Source of the DNA: a virus
Lineage: Duplodnaviria; Caudoviricetes
DNA: 64,000 nt
Direction: 5' to 3' (one strand)
Virus record (IMG/VR): IMGVR_UViG_3300005683_000038
Location: 7,465 to 71,464 of that record
A model generated the notes under the pieces. It was not told where the DNA came from. It ran no database searches and saw only the letters and a list, made by a program, of their open reading frames with translations. A program made the position numbers and the translations under genes. Within the stretch, counting starts at the first letter, position 1; every line of letters starts with the position of its first letter. Shown here piece after piece: positions 63,992 to 64,000 of the stretch.

Positions 63992-64000
63992 GCCAAGGCC

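Larger units (their letters stand above)
1..64000. mobile_element. Tailed phage/prophage genome segment with a Mu-type head module (incomplete at both ends)
   Basis: Terminase, portal, protease, capsid, tail and replication genes in phage order; dense ATGA-coupled small ORFs; no host housekeeping genes. Confidence 0.95.

Noticed and set aside
1-64000. tRNA, rRNA, integrase or repressor genes
   Set aside because: No T-loop/cloverleaf, tyrosine or serine recombinase, or clear CI-type motif was seen by eye; a dedicated scan could still find a divergent one.

Overview
The whole window reads as most of a tailed dsDNA phage or prophage genome. No integrase, att junction or host gene is visible. 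By inference from CA-rich leaders lacking Shine-Dalgarno sites, TN-rich secreted proteins and heptamer intergenic repeats, the host may be a PVC-group bacterium such as Verrucomicrobiota. 1-26.3 kb (minus strand) is an early/replication arm: RNA ligase, RecT, ASCH, Ead-like, YkgJ, a DUF3150/DUF2997/DUF1257/Ycf46-like AAA module, HAD phosphatase, Tad1/Acb2-like protein, three HNH genes, radical SAM, RusA, SSB-like protein, primase-helicase and a DUF1376 initiator. 26.5-60.9 kb (plus strand) holds TerS/TerL, a Mu-type head module (DUF935 portal, gpI-like protease, MCP, gp36, MuF, gpG), tail genes, signal-peptide-bearing fibre/adhesin genes and a membrane/lipoprotein lysis-like cluster. 60.9-64 kb (minus strand) holds a SNF2 helicase-methyltransferase fusion and a small gene. 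The strongest oddities are five. (1) Two textbook integron attC sites are dual-coded: each loop holds the stop codon of one phage gene and the start codon of the next, and the cassette core-site complementarity is intact. (2) An intein in MuF carries a complete HTH + DUF559/Vsr-like endonuclease gene on its antisense strand. (3) An AAA+ ATPase has Walker B before Walker A. (4) A 1267-aa maturation protease is built as a polyprotein with repeated delimiter motifs. (5) An HNH cassette with a pseudoknot-like leader appears to have split off and rebuilt the 5' end of a radical SAM gene. All family calls come from recognising motifs by eye; no database search was run.
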